A DNA stretch of 64,000 bases, from NCBI GenBank assembly GCA_965204745.1, contig OZ242010.1, positions 4,320,001-4,384,000 of the forward strand, written 5' to 3'. This document shows, in pieces, positions 18,941-29,110 of the stretch (position 1 is the first letter of the stretch; each line of letters begins with the position of its first letter). The stretch comes from Candidatus Latescibacterota bacterium (GTDB lineage: Bacteria; Latescibacterota; UBA2968). Under the pieces are notes generated by a model. That model did no database searches. It had not been told where the DNA came from and worked only from the letters and a program-made list of their open reading frames with translations. The position numbers and the translations under genes are program-made.

Positions 18941-20123
18941 TGGCTCGGCTCTATCTTTTTGCAGAAGGTTCAACGGAACAAACGTTTGCCAATACGGTCT
19001 TGAAACCGCATTTGGCAAATTTTGGAGTCTATATGCACAACCCGGTTTTGATTGCACACGCCCGAAAAAAGGGCAAAGTTCATCGCGGAGGTGGGAGAAA
19101 TTTCAGGGCGATGCAGAACGACATCAACCGCTTTCTCAATCAGGAGTCGGGGAATGACGTGTTTTTTACCACGATGATTGACCTTTACGCCCTCCATGCG
19201 AAATTCCCCGGCAGTGAAGAAGTTGAAAAACTGCGCCATGACCCGTATCAGCGCGTGGCTGCTCTCGAAAGGGTAAATAACTGTGCGGTAAAATCGTTGA
19301 CTATCGGATAGAATCGTTGACTATCGAAGAAGTTTGACAAAAATGAAACCTTTTGTCGGTTGTATCCGCCTAAGTCGTGTCAACAAAAGCAAGGCCATTT
19401 TTGTATTTGTTTGATTCCGCCGGTGGCAAAGCCTTGCTTTGTTGACAACCATCGGCGGTTTTTTTGGTGTTCTTGTTCTTTGACAAGTGAAGCGGGATAT
19501 GCGGTTGCTGGCGAAGGAACGCTTACGACGGCGATAACCAAGCGGTAAGCCTAAAATCTCCTGCCAGCGTAAAATCCACAGGAATAGATGGTTACAACCA
19601 ACTATCACTTGGGCGGCAAGCTCTGCCGAGCAAGTAAAAAACGGACGTGGAGGCGTTGTAAGACGGACAAGAGGCTGTAAGTGCTTGGACGCTGACCCGA
19701 TGAAGCGTCAACTTAATCGTATGCGATTGAGTCGATTTCATACGATTTGAGAGAGCGGCGTGGCTTAATGAGACCGGCGACTGCCGCTTCATCCCGTTTA
19801 TCCAGTTGCATGAATTTGAGGCTTATTTGTTTTGTGATGTATCCCAGTTCGCTTTCTTTTTTTCCAATGCAGATTCTCAAATCTCCGCTTTGCAGAGCAC
19901 CGAAAACATTCAGTACCCGGAACGCATTGACGACGGGCAACATACGGCGCCATCAAAGAGAATCATCGCCAAACTTCCCGAATATGAAGATTTGAAAACA
20001 ACAGTGGGACCACACGCGGCCGAACGGATTGGCTTGGAGAACATCCGATCCAAATGTCCCCACTTTAAGGCGTGGCTCGAGCGAATTGAGCGACTCGGAT
20101 CAGTCATGCCACAACGCTCCTGA
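18940..20123 (+). pseudogene. DUF4276 family (TOPRIM-like) protein split by an insertion
   Basis: N-part MARLYLFAEGSTE...TTMIDLY...RVAALE ends at 19269. The C-part resumes at 19755 as AAWLNETGDCRFIPFIQLHEFEAYLF...CPHFKAWL. Confidence 0.85.
19270..19754 (-). mobile_element. About 485 bp non-autonomous insertion, probable decayed IS
   Basis: Defined by the interruption of DUF4276. A 15-bp direct repeat aatcgttgactatcg lies near the left end and a hairpin aatcgtatg...catacgatt near the right end. No TIRs and no intact ORF. Confidence 0.65.
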
Positions 20124-20228
20124 CAAAAGCGATAATACACCTAACGACAATGGTTGATCCCTAGACACATCCCTTAGTGTTTCCGATCTGCTTACACCAA
20201 GGGGATGATAACGCAAAGGAATGGAAAG

Positions 20229-21587
20229 ATGGCAAAACGACGCACGTCAAAACGAGAAGGCATCACGGCGATTTCCGTGCAGGACTTCAAGTCGCTTGAC
20301 CGAGAAAGTCGGATTGAGATTCGCCCGCTCACGATTTTGGCAGGAGCGAACAGTTCTGGCAAGTCGAGTATGATGCAACCCCTGTTGCTGATGAAGCAGA
20401 CGCTCGAAGCGAGTTATGATCCCGGCCCCCTTTTGCTGGATGGTCCAAATGCCAAATTTACGTCCGTTGACCAATTCATTTCGCATATTCAGAAAAACGC
20501 CCATCGTCAAGCATTTAGCGTCGAAATAGAACAGGCGAAAGATACGACGCTTAAAGTTGTGTTTTCTCTTATCGAGGAGCGCGTGCTTGAAATCACAGAT
20601 ATGGTCATAAAAGATAAAAAAGACGCACTTCCGATTCATTTGAGACCAAATCTAAGTTCAAAAAAGATAAAAAAGGCTTTCTCAACATGGTTTGCAAAAA
20701 AATTTGCAAAAAAAATAAAATGGCCTAAAGGATGGGAGTTTAAGGTTGTGAGAAATCGGTGTTTTCTCGAGGTCGTTATGGATATTGCATCAGTACCACG
20801 AGATGCAACCAATTTCTTTCGACTTCCTATATATGATCTACTCATACGTAGCATGCGTCATGCCACCGATAGATATGATCCACTCATACGTAGCATAATT
20901 CACGTCCCCGGATTGCGCGGCAATCCGGAGCGCGTTTACAAAACGACGGCGACAGGCCCTGATTTCCCCGGCACATTTGAAAATTATGTCGCGAGTGTTG
21001 TTGCACGCTGGCAAGCAGGAAATGACGCCCGTCTCAATCAGCTCGAGGAGATGCTTGTCGCCCTCGGCCTAACAGGGAAAATTGCCACAAAGGCTGTCGA
21101 TTACACACAAATTGAGTTGCAGGTTGGCAGACTTCCGCAACCAACATCGGCTGGCGATCTCGTGAATATCGCCGATGTTGGCTTTGGCGTGTCGCAAGTG
21201 TTGCCCGTGCTCGTCGCGCTTCTCATTGCCGGACCGGAGCAACTCGTGTATCTCGAGCAACCGGAACTGCATTTGCACCCGAAAGCGCAATATGCACTGG
21301 CGGAAATTTTGGCGGAAACAGCACGGCGCGGCGTAAGGTTGGTCGTGGAGACGCACAGCGCGTTGTTGTTGCTCATGGTGCAGACATTGGTGGCAGAGGG
21401 GAATCTCGATCCCGAGTTGGTGAAATTACATTGGTTTTCGCGTAGCGATGAGAACGGAATGACGTCAATTCAAAGTGCGGATTTGGATGAGAACGGCGCT
21501 TTTGGGGATTGGGCCGAGGATTTCGGCGATATCGAGTTGATGGCTGAAGGCGCGTATTTGGATGCCGTGGAAGGGCGGAGCAAATAA
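20229..21587 (+). CDS. ABC-type ATPase (AAA_15/AAA_21, DUF3696-like C-terminus)
   Basis: GANSSGKS, VGFGVSQVLP, LEQPELHLHP, VETHS, LDENGAFGDW. Confidence 0.88.
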   Translation: MAKRRTSKREGITAISVQDFKSLDRESRIEIRPLTILAGANSSGKSSMMQPLLLMKQTLEASYDPGPLLLDGPNAKFTSVDQFISHIQKNAHRQAFSVEIEQAKDTTLKVVFSLIEERVLEITDMVIKDKKDALPIHLRPNLSSKKIKKAFSTWFAKKFAKKIKWPKGWEFKVVRNRCFLEVVMDIASVPRDATNFFRLPIYDLLIRSMRHATDRYDPLIRSIIHVPGLRGNPERVYKTTATGPDFPGTFENYVASVVARWQAGNDARLNQLEEMLVALGLTGKIATKAVDYTQIELQVGRLPQPTSAGDLVNIADVGFGVSQVLPVLVALLIAGPEQLVYLEQPELHLHPKAQYALAEILAETARRGVRLVVETHSALLLLMVQTLVAEGNLDPELVKLHWFSRSDENGMTSIQSADLDENGAFGDWAEDFGDIELMAEGAYLDAVEGRSK

Positions 21588-22108
21588 TGGCAAAACGGCC
21601 TCGGCGATTGGTGATTGACGCAGATGTTGTACGGTCTGCCGGTGAATCGGAGAAACCGACTTCAAGTGCGTGTCGAAAGTTTTTGGAGGCGGTGTTGAAT
21701 GTGGGACATCGCGTTGTGATGACACAGGCGATACGAGAAGAATGGCATCGCCACATGTCCAAATATTCGCGCAAATGGCAAACGCGAATGTGGGGCCGCC
21801 GGCGCGTTGCTTCCATTGAGGGCGAACGCGATGAACAGTTGCGCGCAAGAATTGATGGGGTTGTAACGCGGGATCAAAAGGCGGTCGTTGCCAAAGATAT
21901 CCATCTCATTGAAGCGGCGGTTGCAACTGATCAACTGGTCACTTCACGGGATGAAAGCGCACGCAGGGCGTTTGGAGATGCGGCGGTTGCTGTGCGCGAA
22001 TTGCGACAAGTTGTGTGGGTCGATCCAACGCGAGATGACGAAAAGCCGATTGACTGGTTGCAAAATGGCGTGCAGGCCGAAGCGAGTCGGCGGTTAGGTG
22101 CTCGATAA
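21587..22108 (+). CDS. Hypothetical protein with PIN-like acidic motifs
   Basis: LVIDADV, REEW, KDIHLIEAA, VTSRDE; TAATG-coupled to the ATPase. Confidence 0.6.
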   Translation: MAKRPRRLVIDADVVRSAGESEKPTSSACRKFLEAVLNVGHRVVMTQAIREEWHRHMSKYSRKWQTRMWGRRRVASIEGERDEQLRARIDGVVTRDQKAVVAKDIHLIEAAVATDQLVTSRDESARRAFGDAAVAVRELRQVVWVDPTRDDEKPIDWLQNGVQAEASRRLGAR

Positions 22109-22133
22109 GGAGCAGATAGGGCAACGGAAAGTT

Positions 22134-24032
22134 TCATCTGTTCAACACCCGCACGTCGCCTTGTCGGATGGTGATGCCTTGGGTGTCGAAATAATTCAGC
22201 AGGGGCACGGCGAATTTGCGCGTGGTGGCGATCAAGTTGCGAAATGTCGAGACATCGATCTCGGCATTTTTTTTTAGGTAATCGACCAATTGTTGCGTCA
22301 CATCTTCTATCACCTTGGGATGGAACAACAGGGTATCGTCCAAGCGCACCACCTGTCCCATCGCCTGCATGGCCGAAACCACCGCTTGCACGGCCTTCGC
22401 GCTGGCATCGACCGCCTCGGGCAATCCCCTCAAATCCTCGGGCGTCGTGCCGCCTGCTCGCAACAGGCGTGCGATCTCATCGCGCAGGGCTTCTTGCGCT
22501 GCGGTCAATGCAATTTCGTAATCGCGCAAGGCAATCAGCGCGTGATCGCTTTTGAGCACGCCCGTGCGAATGAGATATTCAACCCCGTGTGCAAACAAAT
22601 CGCCAGTCGGAGCACCCGTCACCCCTGCGCGGAGCTCATCGCGCCGCGCGCCCGGCCTGAGCGGATGGGCCTCGTGAAAAACCCGCATCGCATCGCCGAT
22701 ACCATCCAGCAAATCCCGCCAGCAAGTCGCGTGGACATAGCGCGTGTTGCCCGCCTGCACGTAACTGATCGCATCGCCCGCTGCCACGCACGCCTCGAGT
22801 TGGCCTTCGATCTCGGTCGCGGACTGCGCCATCTCAGACGCGAGTTGCAATGCCGTGCGCGGTTGCAAGCGCGCGGCCCTCAAGCGCGTCAGCAAAACCC
22901 GCCTAGGATCGTCTTGCTCTAATTCTCGCAACATCTCGACGACATCCTGCCGAAACCGCCTGTGCTTCACCGGTTGCGGATCTAGCACCACGCCCCCGCC
23001 TAGGGTCTGCACTGGGGAGTACCGCCTGATCACAAACCGGTCGCCTCGGGCCGCAACGCCGGGTTCTTCCAAGCGCAGTTGCACGAGTTGGGAATCCCCC
23101 GGCAGCAAAACCTCGCCTTCGAGCAACACCACGCGGGCCAACACATCTCGCGGCCCCATGAGCAAATGCACGCGCGTGCGATTCGTCACCTCTACGGCCG
23201 CATCGGGCAAGAGGTGCAAGCGGGCGTCGATCATATACGTGGTCTCGAAATAGCCCGGCTGGACGAGCAGGTCCCCGCGGGCGACCTCATCCACGACAAC
23301 CCCGCTCAAATTGATGGCTGCCCGCGCGCCCACCCGCGCCACCTCCACGTCTCGCCCATGGATTTGCACCCCGCGCACGCGCACATTTTTGCCCGCGGGC
23401 AACAGGACCAGTTCGTCGCGCACCTGCACCGCCCCAGAAATCACCGTGCCCGTGACCACTGTGCCAAAGCCCTGCACGGAAAATGCGCGGTCTATGGGCA
23501 AGCGAAACACGCCTCGGTCCGCCCGCGCTTCAATCGTTGCGATCTCTTCCTCGATCAGCGCGCGCAAGGCGTCGATCCCCTCCCCGCTCGTTGACGACAC
23601 GCGCACGATGGGCGCGCCTTCCAAAAATGTGCCCGCAAACACCTCTTGCAATTCTTCCTCGACTAATTCCAACCAATCGCCTTCTACCAGATCGATCTTG
23701 GTCAGGGCCACAATGCCGCGGGGCACGCCGAGCAGATTCAAAATGCCCAGATGCTCGCGCGTTTGCGGCATCACGCCATCGTCCGCAGCCACCACAAACA
23801 GGGCGAGATCGACCGTACACACGCCCGTCACCATGTTTTTGACAAACCGCTCGTGCCCCGGCACGTCGATGATCGTCACATCGTCTTTCCAGTACGCAAA
23901 GCCAATATCAATCGTCACGCCGCGGTCCCGCTCTTCGGGCAGCGTATCTGTTTCAATGCCCGTCAGGGCCTTGACCAATGCGGTCTTGCCGTGATCGATA
24001 TGGCCGGCTGTTCCGACAATCACATGCGCCAT
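22134..24032 (-). CDS. selB: Selenocysteine-specific elongation factor
   Basis: GTAGHIDHGKT, DVPGHERFVKNM, C-terminal TTRKFAVPLLNYFD...RQGDVR. Confidence 0.95.
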   Translation of the reverse strand: MAHVIVGTAGHIDHGKTALVKALTGIETDTLPEERDRGVTIDIGFAYWKDDVTIIDVPGHERFVKNMVTGVCTVDLALFVVAADDGVMPQTREHLGILNLLGVPRGIVALTKIDLVEGDWLELVEEELQEVFAGTFLEGAPIVRVSSTSGEGIDALRALIEEEIATIEARADRGVFRLPIDRAFSVQGFGTVVTGTVISGAVQVRDELVLLPAGKNVRVRGVQIHGRDVEVARVGARAAINLSGVVVDEVARGDLLVQPGYFETTYMIDARLHLLPDAAVEVTNRTRVHLLMGPRDVLARVVLLEGEVLLPGDSQLVQLRLEEPGVAARGDRFVIRRYSPVQTLGGGVVLDPQPVKHRRFRQDVVEMLRELEQDDPRRVLLTRLRAARLQPRTALQLASEMAQSATEIEGQLEACVAAGDAISYVQAGNTRYVHATCWRDLLDGIGDAMRVFHEAHPLRPGARRDELRAGVTGAPTGDLFAHGVEYLIRTGVLKSDHALIALRDYEIALTAAQEALRDEIARLLRAGGTTPEDLRGLPEAVDASAKAVQAVVSAMQAMGQVVRLDDTLLFHPKVIEDVTQQLVDYLKKNAEIDVSTFRNLIATTRKFAVPLLNYFDTQGITIRQGDVRVLNR

Positions 24033-25444
24033 CGGCCTCGCGCTCCTTTTTGGATAGCATCGCCCACCATGTCCACCTCGTCATCGCTTAGGGTACGCAC
24101 GTCCAACACCAACCGATTGTCGCGCACATAGCCGACCACGGGCGGGTCATGGCGGCGCAACGCAACGGACAGCGTCAAAATATCGCCGCCCGAGATGGCG
24201 ACGGCAACGCTCGGGATATTCTCCGCAGGCAAGGCCCCGCTCCCGGTTTGTGCCTGGGATGCGACCGCCTCACACGCAAAGCCGTCGAGATCGCCGATAG
24301 CCCGCAACAACCGCCGCGCGCGTCGTTCCAGTGTCGTCACGGATTCCGTCAACATGCGCCAGGTGGGATGCGCCCGAACCAATGCCTCGGGATTGGAGAA
24401 CAACCTCAACGTGGGTTCTAGCGCGGCATACGTCAACTTGCCGCAGCGCAGGGCGCGCATCAGGGGATTTTCCCGAATTTGCTCGACAACCGCCCGCTTG
24501 CCCACCACAATCCCGCATTGCGGCCCGCCGAGAACTTTATCCCCGCTGAACATCACCACATCCACGCCCGCGGCAATGCTGTCGGAGACCAGCGGTTCGC
24601 AGGGCAACCCGTAATCGCGCAGATCGAGTAGCACCCCGCCGCCCAAATCGTGCGCCACGGGCACGCCGTATTGCCGTCCCAACGCCGCCAGTTCTGCGGG
24701 GGCGACTTCCGCGCGAAACCCCACCACCTTGTAATTGCTCGGATGCACCGCCAGCAACAAGCCCGTATTTTCCGTTATCGCCTCTTCGTAATCGCGCAAA
24801 TACGTGCGGTTGGTCGTTCCCACCTCGACGAGGCGCGCGCCGCTTCGCGCCATGATATCGGGAATGCGAAACGACCCGCCAATTTCGACCAGTTGCCCGC
24901 GCGAGACAATGGCCTCTTTGCCCTGCGACAAGGTGTTCAAGGTCAGCAAAACAGCCGCGGCATTGTTGTTGACAACCGCGGCGGCTTCCGCGCCGGTCAA
25001 TTCGCACAGCAGGTCTTCCACAAGCGCCGTACGCGACCCGCGTCGTCCAGAATCCAAGTCCAATTCCAAATTGCTGTAATACCCCGCGATATCGGCGATC
25101 TGTTTCACGGCAACTTCGGGCAACGGCGCGCGGCCCAAATTCGTGTGCAAAATGATCCCCGTCGCATTGATGACGCGCTTGAGATTCGGCGCGAGTCGCT
25201 CGGTCAATCGGGCCTGCACCTGCGCGACGATTTGTTCGATCAACTCGTCTCGAGACGCGCCCACAACGTCGCCTTCGCGCATCGCCTCCCGCACGCGGTC
25301 GATAGCCTGCCGAACAACAGCGGTCAAAACGGGTGTTCCGAAACGCGCAGACAATTTTTGAACCGCTCGGTCTTTGAGCACCCGATCCACGCTGGGAATG
25401 CGCGAATAATCCGGCGGTGCGCTTGTCAAGTGGTTATCGCTCAT
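24020..25444 (-). CDS. selA: L-seryl-tRNA(Sec) selenium transferase
   Basis: VINATGIILHTNLGRA, VNNNAAA, EIGGSFRIP, FSGDKVLGGPQ. Confidence 0.95.
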   Translation of the reverse strand: MSDNHLTSAPPDYSRIPSVDRVLKDRAVQKLSARFGTPVLTAVVRQAIDRVREAMREGDVVGASRDELIEQIVAQVQARLTERLAPNLKRVINATGIILHTNLGRAPLPEVAVKQIADIAGYYSNLELDLDSGRRGSRTALVEDLLCELTGAEAAAVVNNNAAAVLLTLNTLSQGKEAIVSRGQLVEIGGSFRIPDIMARSGARLVEVGTTNRTYLRDYEEAITENTGLLLAVHPSNYKVVGFRAEVAPAELAALGRQYGVPVAHDLGGGVLLDLRDYGLPCEPLVSDSIAAGVDVVMFSGDKVLGGPQCGIVVGKRAVVEQIRENPLMRALRCGKLTYAALEPTLRLFSNPEALVRAHPTWRMLTESVTTLERRARRLLRAIGDLDGFACEAVASQAQTGSGALPAENIPSVAVAISGGDILTLSVALRRHDPPVVGYVRDNRLVLDVRTLSDDEVDMVGDAIQKGARGRWRM

Positions 25445-25642
25445 GGATTCAGTGGTCGGTGATTCGCACCTTTCGACCGAAAATGGAGGTTGATCGTCAA
25501 CGGATGAGTCATTATACTGCTCGCACGGCTTTTTTGGTAGCAAAAAGGATGCGGAATCGACGCGGGAAACGATTCCCCGCAAGGTGATATTTTTGGACGA
25601 TCAGAATGTCCCGTTCTGACGAGGTGCAAAGCGAGGTTCACA

Positions 25643-26959
25643 ATGTCTGATGCAAAAGCAGGTTGGGCGCAATTTGATTCAACGCCGGCCTTGGGCCTTC
25701 CCATGGGCGGGCGAGGGCCGCGGTTTTCGCCGGGCGCGGAGGTGCTCGATCCCCTGATCGCGCAAGCGGTTGTGATCGAAGATCAAAAAGGCTATCGCGC
25801 GGTTTGGATCTCGATAGACATGATCGGCATGACGTGGCACGCCACGAGTCGCTTGCGCTGTGAACTGGCCGCGATGACCGGGATTCCCTTTGAGGCTATC
25901 GTCGTCAATTTTTCGCATACGCACAGCGGCCCCATGTCTGGATTTGAGGGCTATGCGACGACCGAGCGCAAACCCGAAGCACTCGAGGCGTATGAAAACA
26001 GCCTGTTGTATCGCACGGTGAAAATGGTGCGCCTAGCTATCGAGAACATGCGCCCGGTTGCGGTTCGCGTGCATCGCGGCACATCTGATATTGGGATCAA
26101 CAGGCGGAGGCGAAATGCCGATGGCAGGATGGGGATGAGGCCGAATCCGGAGGGCTATATCAACCGCGATCTTTGGGTCATGCACCTCGCCGCAGAAGAC
26201 GGCCGTTGCGTGCTTTTTAATTACGGATGCCATCCGGTAATGGTGTACAGCTTTGCCTGGGATGGCATATCAGCGGATTTTCCGGGGGTCTGCCGCAATC
26301 GCTTGGTCGAAACCCTCGGCCCGAACACGCACGCGCAATTCATTCAGGGACTCGCCGGCAATATTCGACCGCGCCGCTTGGCGGATGCAGACGCCTTTCG
26401 CAAAGCCACGCCGCGGGATGTCGCGGCAACCGGCGCGCAACTCGCGGACGATGTCCTCGCGGCGATGTCCGCAGGCGGTGAAGAACTGGCGTTGGATTTC
26501 AACTGCGTATCGGGATTCGCACTGGCCCCGCGCGATGAGGACGCGATTTTGCCACTCGCCCATTGGAAGGCCCTGGCCGAGCGCGAGGCAGAACTCGAAC
26601 GCAATCTCGGCGCGTACTGGGTCGAGCGTCTGACCTCGGGCATCCTCCCCGCGCGCTTTTTGCCCTGGGCCATTGGGCTGATTCGGCTGACCGAGAACCA
26701 CACTATCGCGTGGCTCGGCAACGAGGTCGTCGCCGAATGGTTGCCCCTGCTCAGAACCTATCTCAATGACGCGAATCTCATCGCTTGGGGATATTGCCAG
26801 GATGGGCGCAATTACATGCCCACAGACGCGCTCATTCCCGAAGGCGGGTACGAAGTGGATCGGGCAAACCACTACACCAAAGCGGGCCCTGGCCCCTTTC
26901 GGATTGGCATAAACGCAGTGGCAAAAAAGACATTTCTCGAACTCGCCCAACGGCTGTAA
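25643..26959 (+). CDS. Neutral/alkaline ceramidase-like hypothetical protein
   Basis: SHTHSGP, GINRR, NYGCHP, ISADFPG, EGGYE. Confidence 0.75.
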   Translation: MSDAKAGWAQFDSTPALGLPMGGRGPRFSPGAEVLDPLIAQAVVIEDQKGYRAVWISIDMIGMTWHATSRLRCELAAMTGIPFEAIVVNFSHTHSGPMSGFEGYATTERKPEALEAYENSLLYRTVKMVRLAIENMRPVAVRVHRGTSDIGINRRRRNADGRMGMRPNPEGYINRDLWVMHLAAEDGRCVLFNYGCHPVMVYSFAWDGISADFPGVCRNRLVETLGPNTHAQFIQGLAGNIRPRRLADADAFRKATPRDVAATGAQLADDVLAAMSAGGEELALDFNCVSGFALAPRDEDAILPLAHWKALAEREAELERNLGAYWVERLTSGILPARFLPWAIGLIRLTENHTIAWLGNEVVAEWLPLLRTYLNDANLIAWGYCQDGRNYMPTDALIPEGGYEVDRANHYTKAGPGPFRIGINAVAKKTFLELAQRL

Positions 26960-27395
26960 TGAAACAGTCGCTCCTTCAGCTTTCTCGCTTTTGCTACCAC
27001 GCTCATCGCATTCACTGACGTTCCGCAGTTCAAAGAAGGCATCACAATAAGTGCCCTCGCAAAACACCCTCCGAGCAAGCCATCACGCACAGCGCGCAAG
27101 TCCATTGGCAACCCACATCCATCTTGCAACCCACTTTGCAGGCTGTCTCATGTCGTGCGATTACAAAAGCGATTTGCGCTGTGCAAGCCTCTCGGCGTTT
27201 GAGAGCGGCATTTTTGAACTGCTGGGGCAGTTGTACCCCGCTCGCTTACTTTTTTTTGCTGTTGAAAAAAGTAGGTCGCCGAAGGCATCGAAGGCAACCA
27301 ACGAGGCTGTAGGACCAAACGCCTTAAATGAGCAAGAAGCAACACAGTTGCTACTCTGTGCGTAACGTCAAAAAATAAAATGTCAACACGACCTA
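26960..27395 (+). mobile_element. IS5-derived MITE, module-B type, right TIR only
   Basis: Ends aaatgtcaacacgaccta. First 17 bp and last ~85 bp are shared with 48958-49377; the interior is shared with 37262-37610. Confidence 0.8.
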
Positions 27396-27416
27396 AAATT
27401 CGCCTGATTTCAGAGA

Positions 27417-28250
27417 TCAAAAGGAATAGGACGCGGAGAGAGACAAGGAGGGGTGGGGACGGGTGAAGCTGAGGCGGTCTAAGGGGACGGCTTGCCAGGT
27501 TTCATGGCTGGCGAGTTTGCCGATGATGCCGCCGATGCCTGCGCCGATCAAGGAGAAGACGGCGGTCTCGGGATTGAGCACGATATTGGCGACGGCTGAC
27601 CACCCGGTTTCGTCGCTGTTGTCCAAATCGGAGGACGAGAAGATGACGCCGATGCAAAATCCCGTGGCAAACCCGGCTTTGACGCCCTTTTTGATATGGG
27701 ATGTCCTGCCTAGGTTGATCGACATGTGGCCGAGTTCCGATGCGGTCAGGGTTTTGTACTCATCGCGTTTGTGCGTGGTTGCGAGGATGAGGCTGGAGTC
27801 CGTGACGCTGGCGATAATCCCCGCGAACCCGTGGTCGGTATCCCGCATGCCAATCGCGGCGTGGCGACCGATGGCGACGCCGGTTCGGGTCAAAAACCGA
27901 CGCGCTTGGGGGTTGAATTGGACGGCGATTTTTTGCGTGTTTTTCACGCGCAGGCGATCTATGGACTGGTAGATGATGCGCTGCCTGTGGGGCAACTGGG
28001 GGGTGACGAGGGTGACGGCGTATCCCTGCGTGCGGTTGACGTAGCCCCGAAATCGCCTTTTTTGCCCGTCGACAAAATGCGTGCCCTCGACATACGTGCC
28101 GATGTCGAGGGTTTTGATTTTTTTCCTGACCTCGCTGGCAGAACCCACCGTGCAAAGTTGCCCGAAGAGGCACAGCAGGAGGCACGCGATTTTCGGTATC
28201 GGACAGGCGTTGGGAATGGGCAAGATGGGGTCCGTGAGCGGAAAGACGTT
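27417..28250 (-). CDS. Hypothetical exported/membrane protein, start uncertain
   Basis: Signal-like IACLLLCLFGQLC, Gly-rich C-terminal helices, terminal SYSF. The ORF-track N-terminus overlaps the cupin gene. Confidence 0.55.
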   Translation of the reverse strand, partial: NVFPLTDPILPIPNACPIPKIACLLLCLFGQLCTVGSASEVRKKIKTLDIGTYVEGTHFVDGQKRRFRGYVNRTQGYAVTLVTPQLPHRQRIIYQSIDRLRVKNTQKIAVQFNPQARRFLTRTGVAIGRHAAIGMRDTDHGFAGIIASVTDSSLILATTHKRDEYKTLTASELGHMSINLGRTSHIKKGVKAGFATGFCIGVIFSSSDLDNSDETGWSAVANIVLNPETAVFSLIGAGIGGIIGKLASHETWQAVPLDRLSFTRPHPSLSLSASYSF

Positions 28251-28611
28251 ACGGCGCGTCTTCGGGTGGAATGTAGCGGTTGGCGAGGGCGACGTAGTCC
28301 TCGCGGATCGGCGAGAAGATGTCGAGGGCGACGCACGGGCCGTCGATGGCTTCGGCGCGATGGGGCACATGAGCGGGAATGAGGAAGGCTTCGCCGGATG
28401 CCACCGTGCGGGTCTCGCCGCCAATGGTGAATCTCATTTTGCCCTCGACCACGATGCCCCCTTGTTCGTGCGGATGGCTGTGCATCGGCACAACCGCGCC
28501 CGCGTCAAACTCCACGCGAGAGAGCATGAGGTTTTTGCCATAAGGCGTGCGAATACGCACGCCGGGCACGACTTCGTTGGCGGGATATGCGTTCCAATCG
28601 ATAAATGACAT
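28249..28611 (-). CDS. Cupin domain protein
   Basis: PMHSHPHEQ...IPAHVPH...DIFSPIREDY. Confidence 0.88.
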   Translation of the reverse strand: MSFIDWNAYPANEVVPGVRIRTPYGKNLMLSRVEFDAGAVVPMHSHPHEQGGIVVEGKMRFTIGGETRTVASGEAFLIPAHVPHRAEAIDGPCVALDIFSPIREDYVALANRYIPPEDAP

Positions 28612-28639
28612 GGGGTGATTCCCAAAAGAAATGGGCCTG

Positions 28640-29110
28640 TTAAACGGCTGTGCGCGCTTCGGCGTCAATGGCGGAAAAGAGTTGGCGGGTCATCAACCGG
28701 GCCGCGCTGGCGTGCAAGCGTTGGCCCACTGCGGCGAGCGGGCCGCCGATTTGCACGGTGCCGTCAAAGGTCACCGTTGTGCCCTCGCCCTCGGCGGTCA
28801 GCGAGACGCGCCCTTGGCCTTTGACAAATCCGGTCGCGCCTTTGAGGTCAACCGACATGGTATAGCGTTCTGGGGGATGGAGATCCGAGAGCACCACGTT
28901 GCCCGCGTACTTCCCGCGAATGGGGCCAATGCCCGCGGAGACCGCGATGGCGTACGTGCCCTCGCCCACTTGCTCGAGCGTTTCGCAACCGGGCATGCAG
29001 CGGGCGAGCACTTCGGGATCGGTGAGCAGGTCAAAGGTGCGCTCGGGTGGCGCGCTGACCGGATGTGTGCCGGTGAATTTCAAGATGCCTCCTTCAAGCG
29101 ACCCGTTCAA
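28640..29110 (-). CDS. coxG: CoxG/SRPBCC family accessory protein
   Basis: LTDPEVLARCMPGCE, GPLAAVGQRL; adjacent to coxSLM. Confidence 0.85.
   Translation of the reverse strand: MNGSLEGGILKFTGTHPVSAPPERTFDLLTDPEVLARCMPGCETLEQVGEGTYAIAVSAGIGPIRGKYAGNVVLSDLHPPERYTMSVDLKGATGFVKGQGRVSLTAEGEGTTVTFDGTVQIGGPLAAVGQRLHASAARLMTRQLFSAIDAEARTAV

Noticed and set aside
22134-25444. tRNA-Sec (selC) or a selenoprotein gene near selAB
   Set aside because: No tRNA-like sequence or convincing in-frame TGA-interrupted gene was seen by eye. A tRNAscan/bSECIS search would be needed to exclude it fully.
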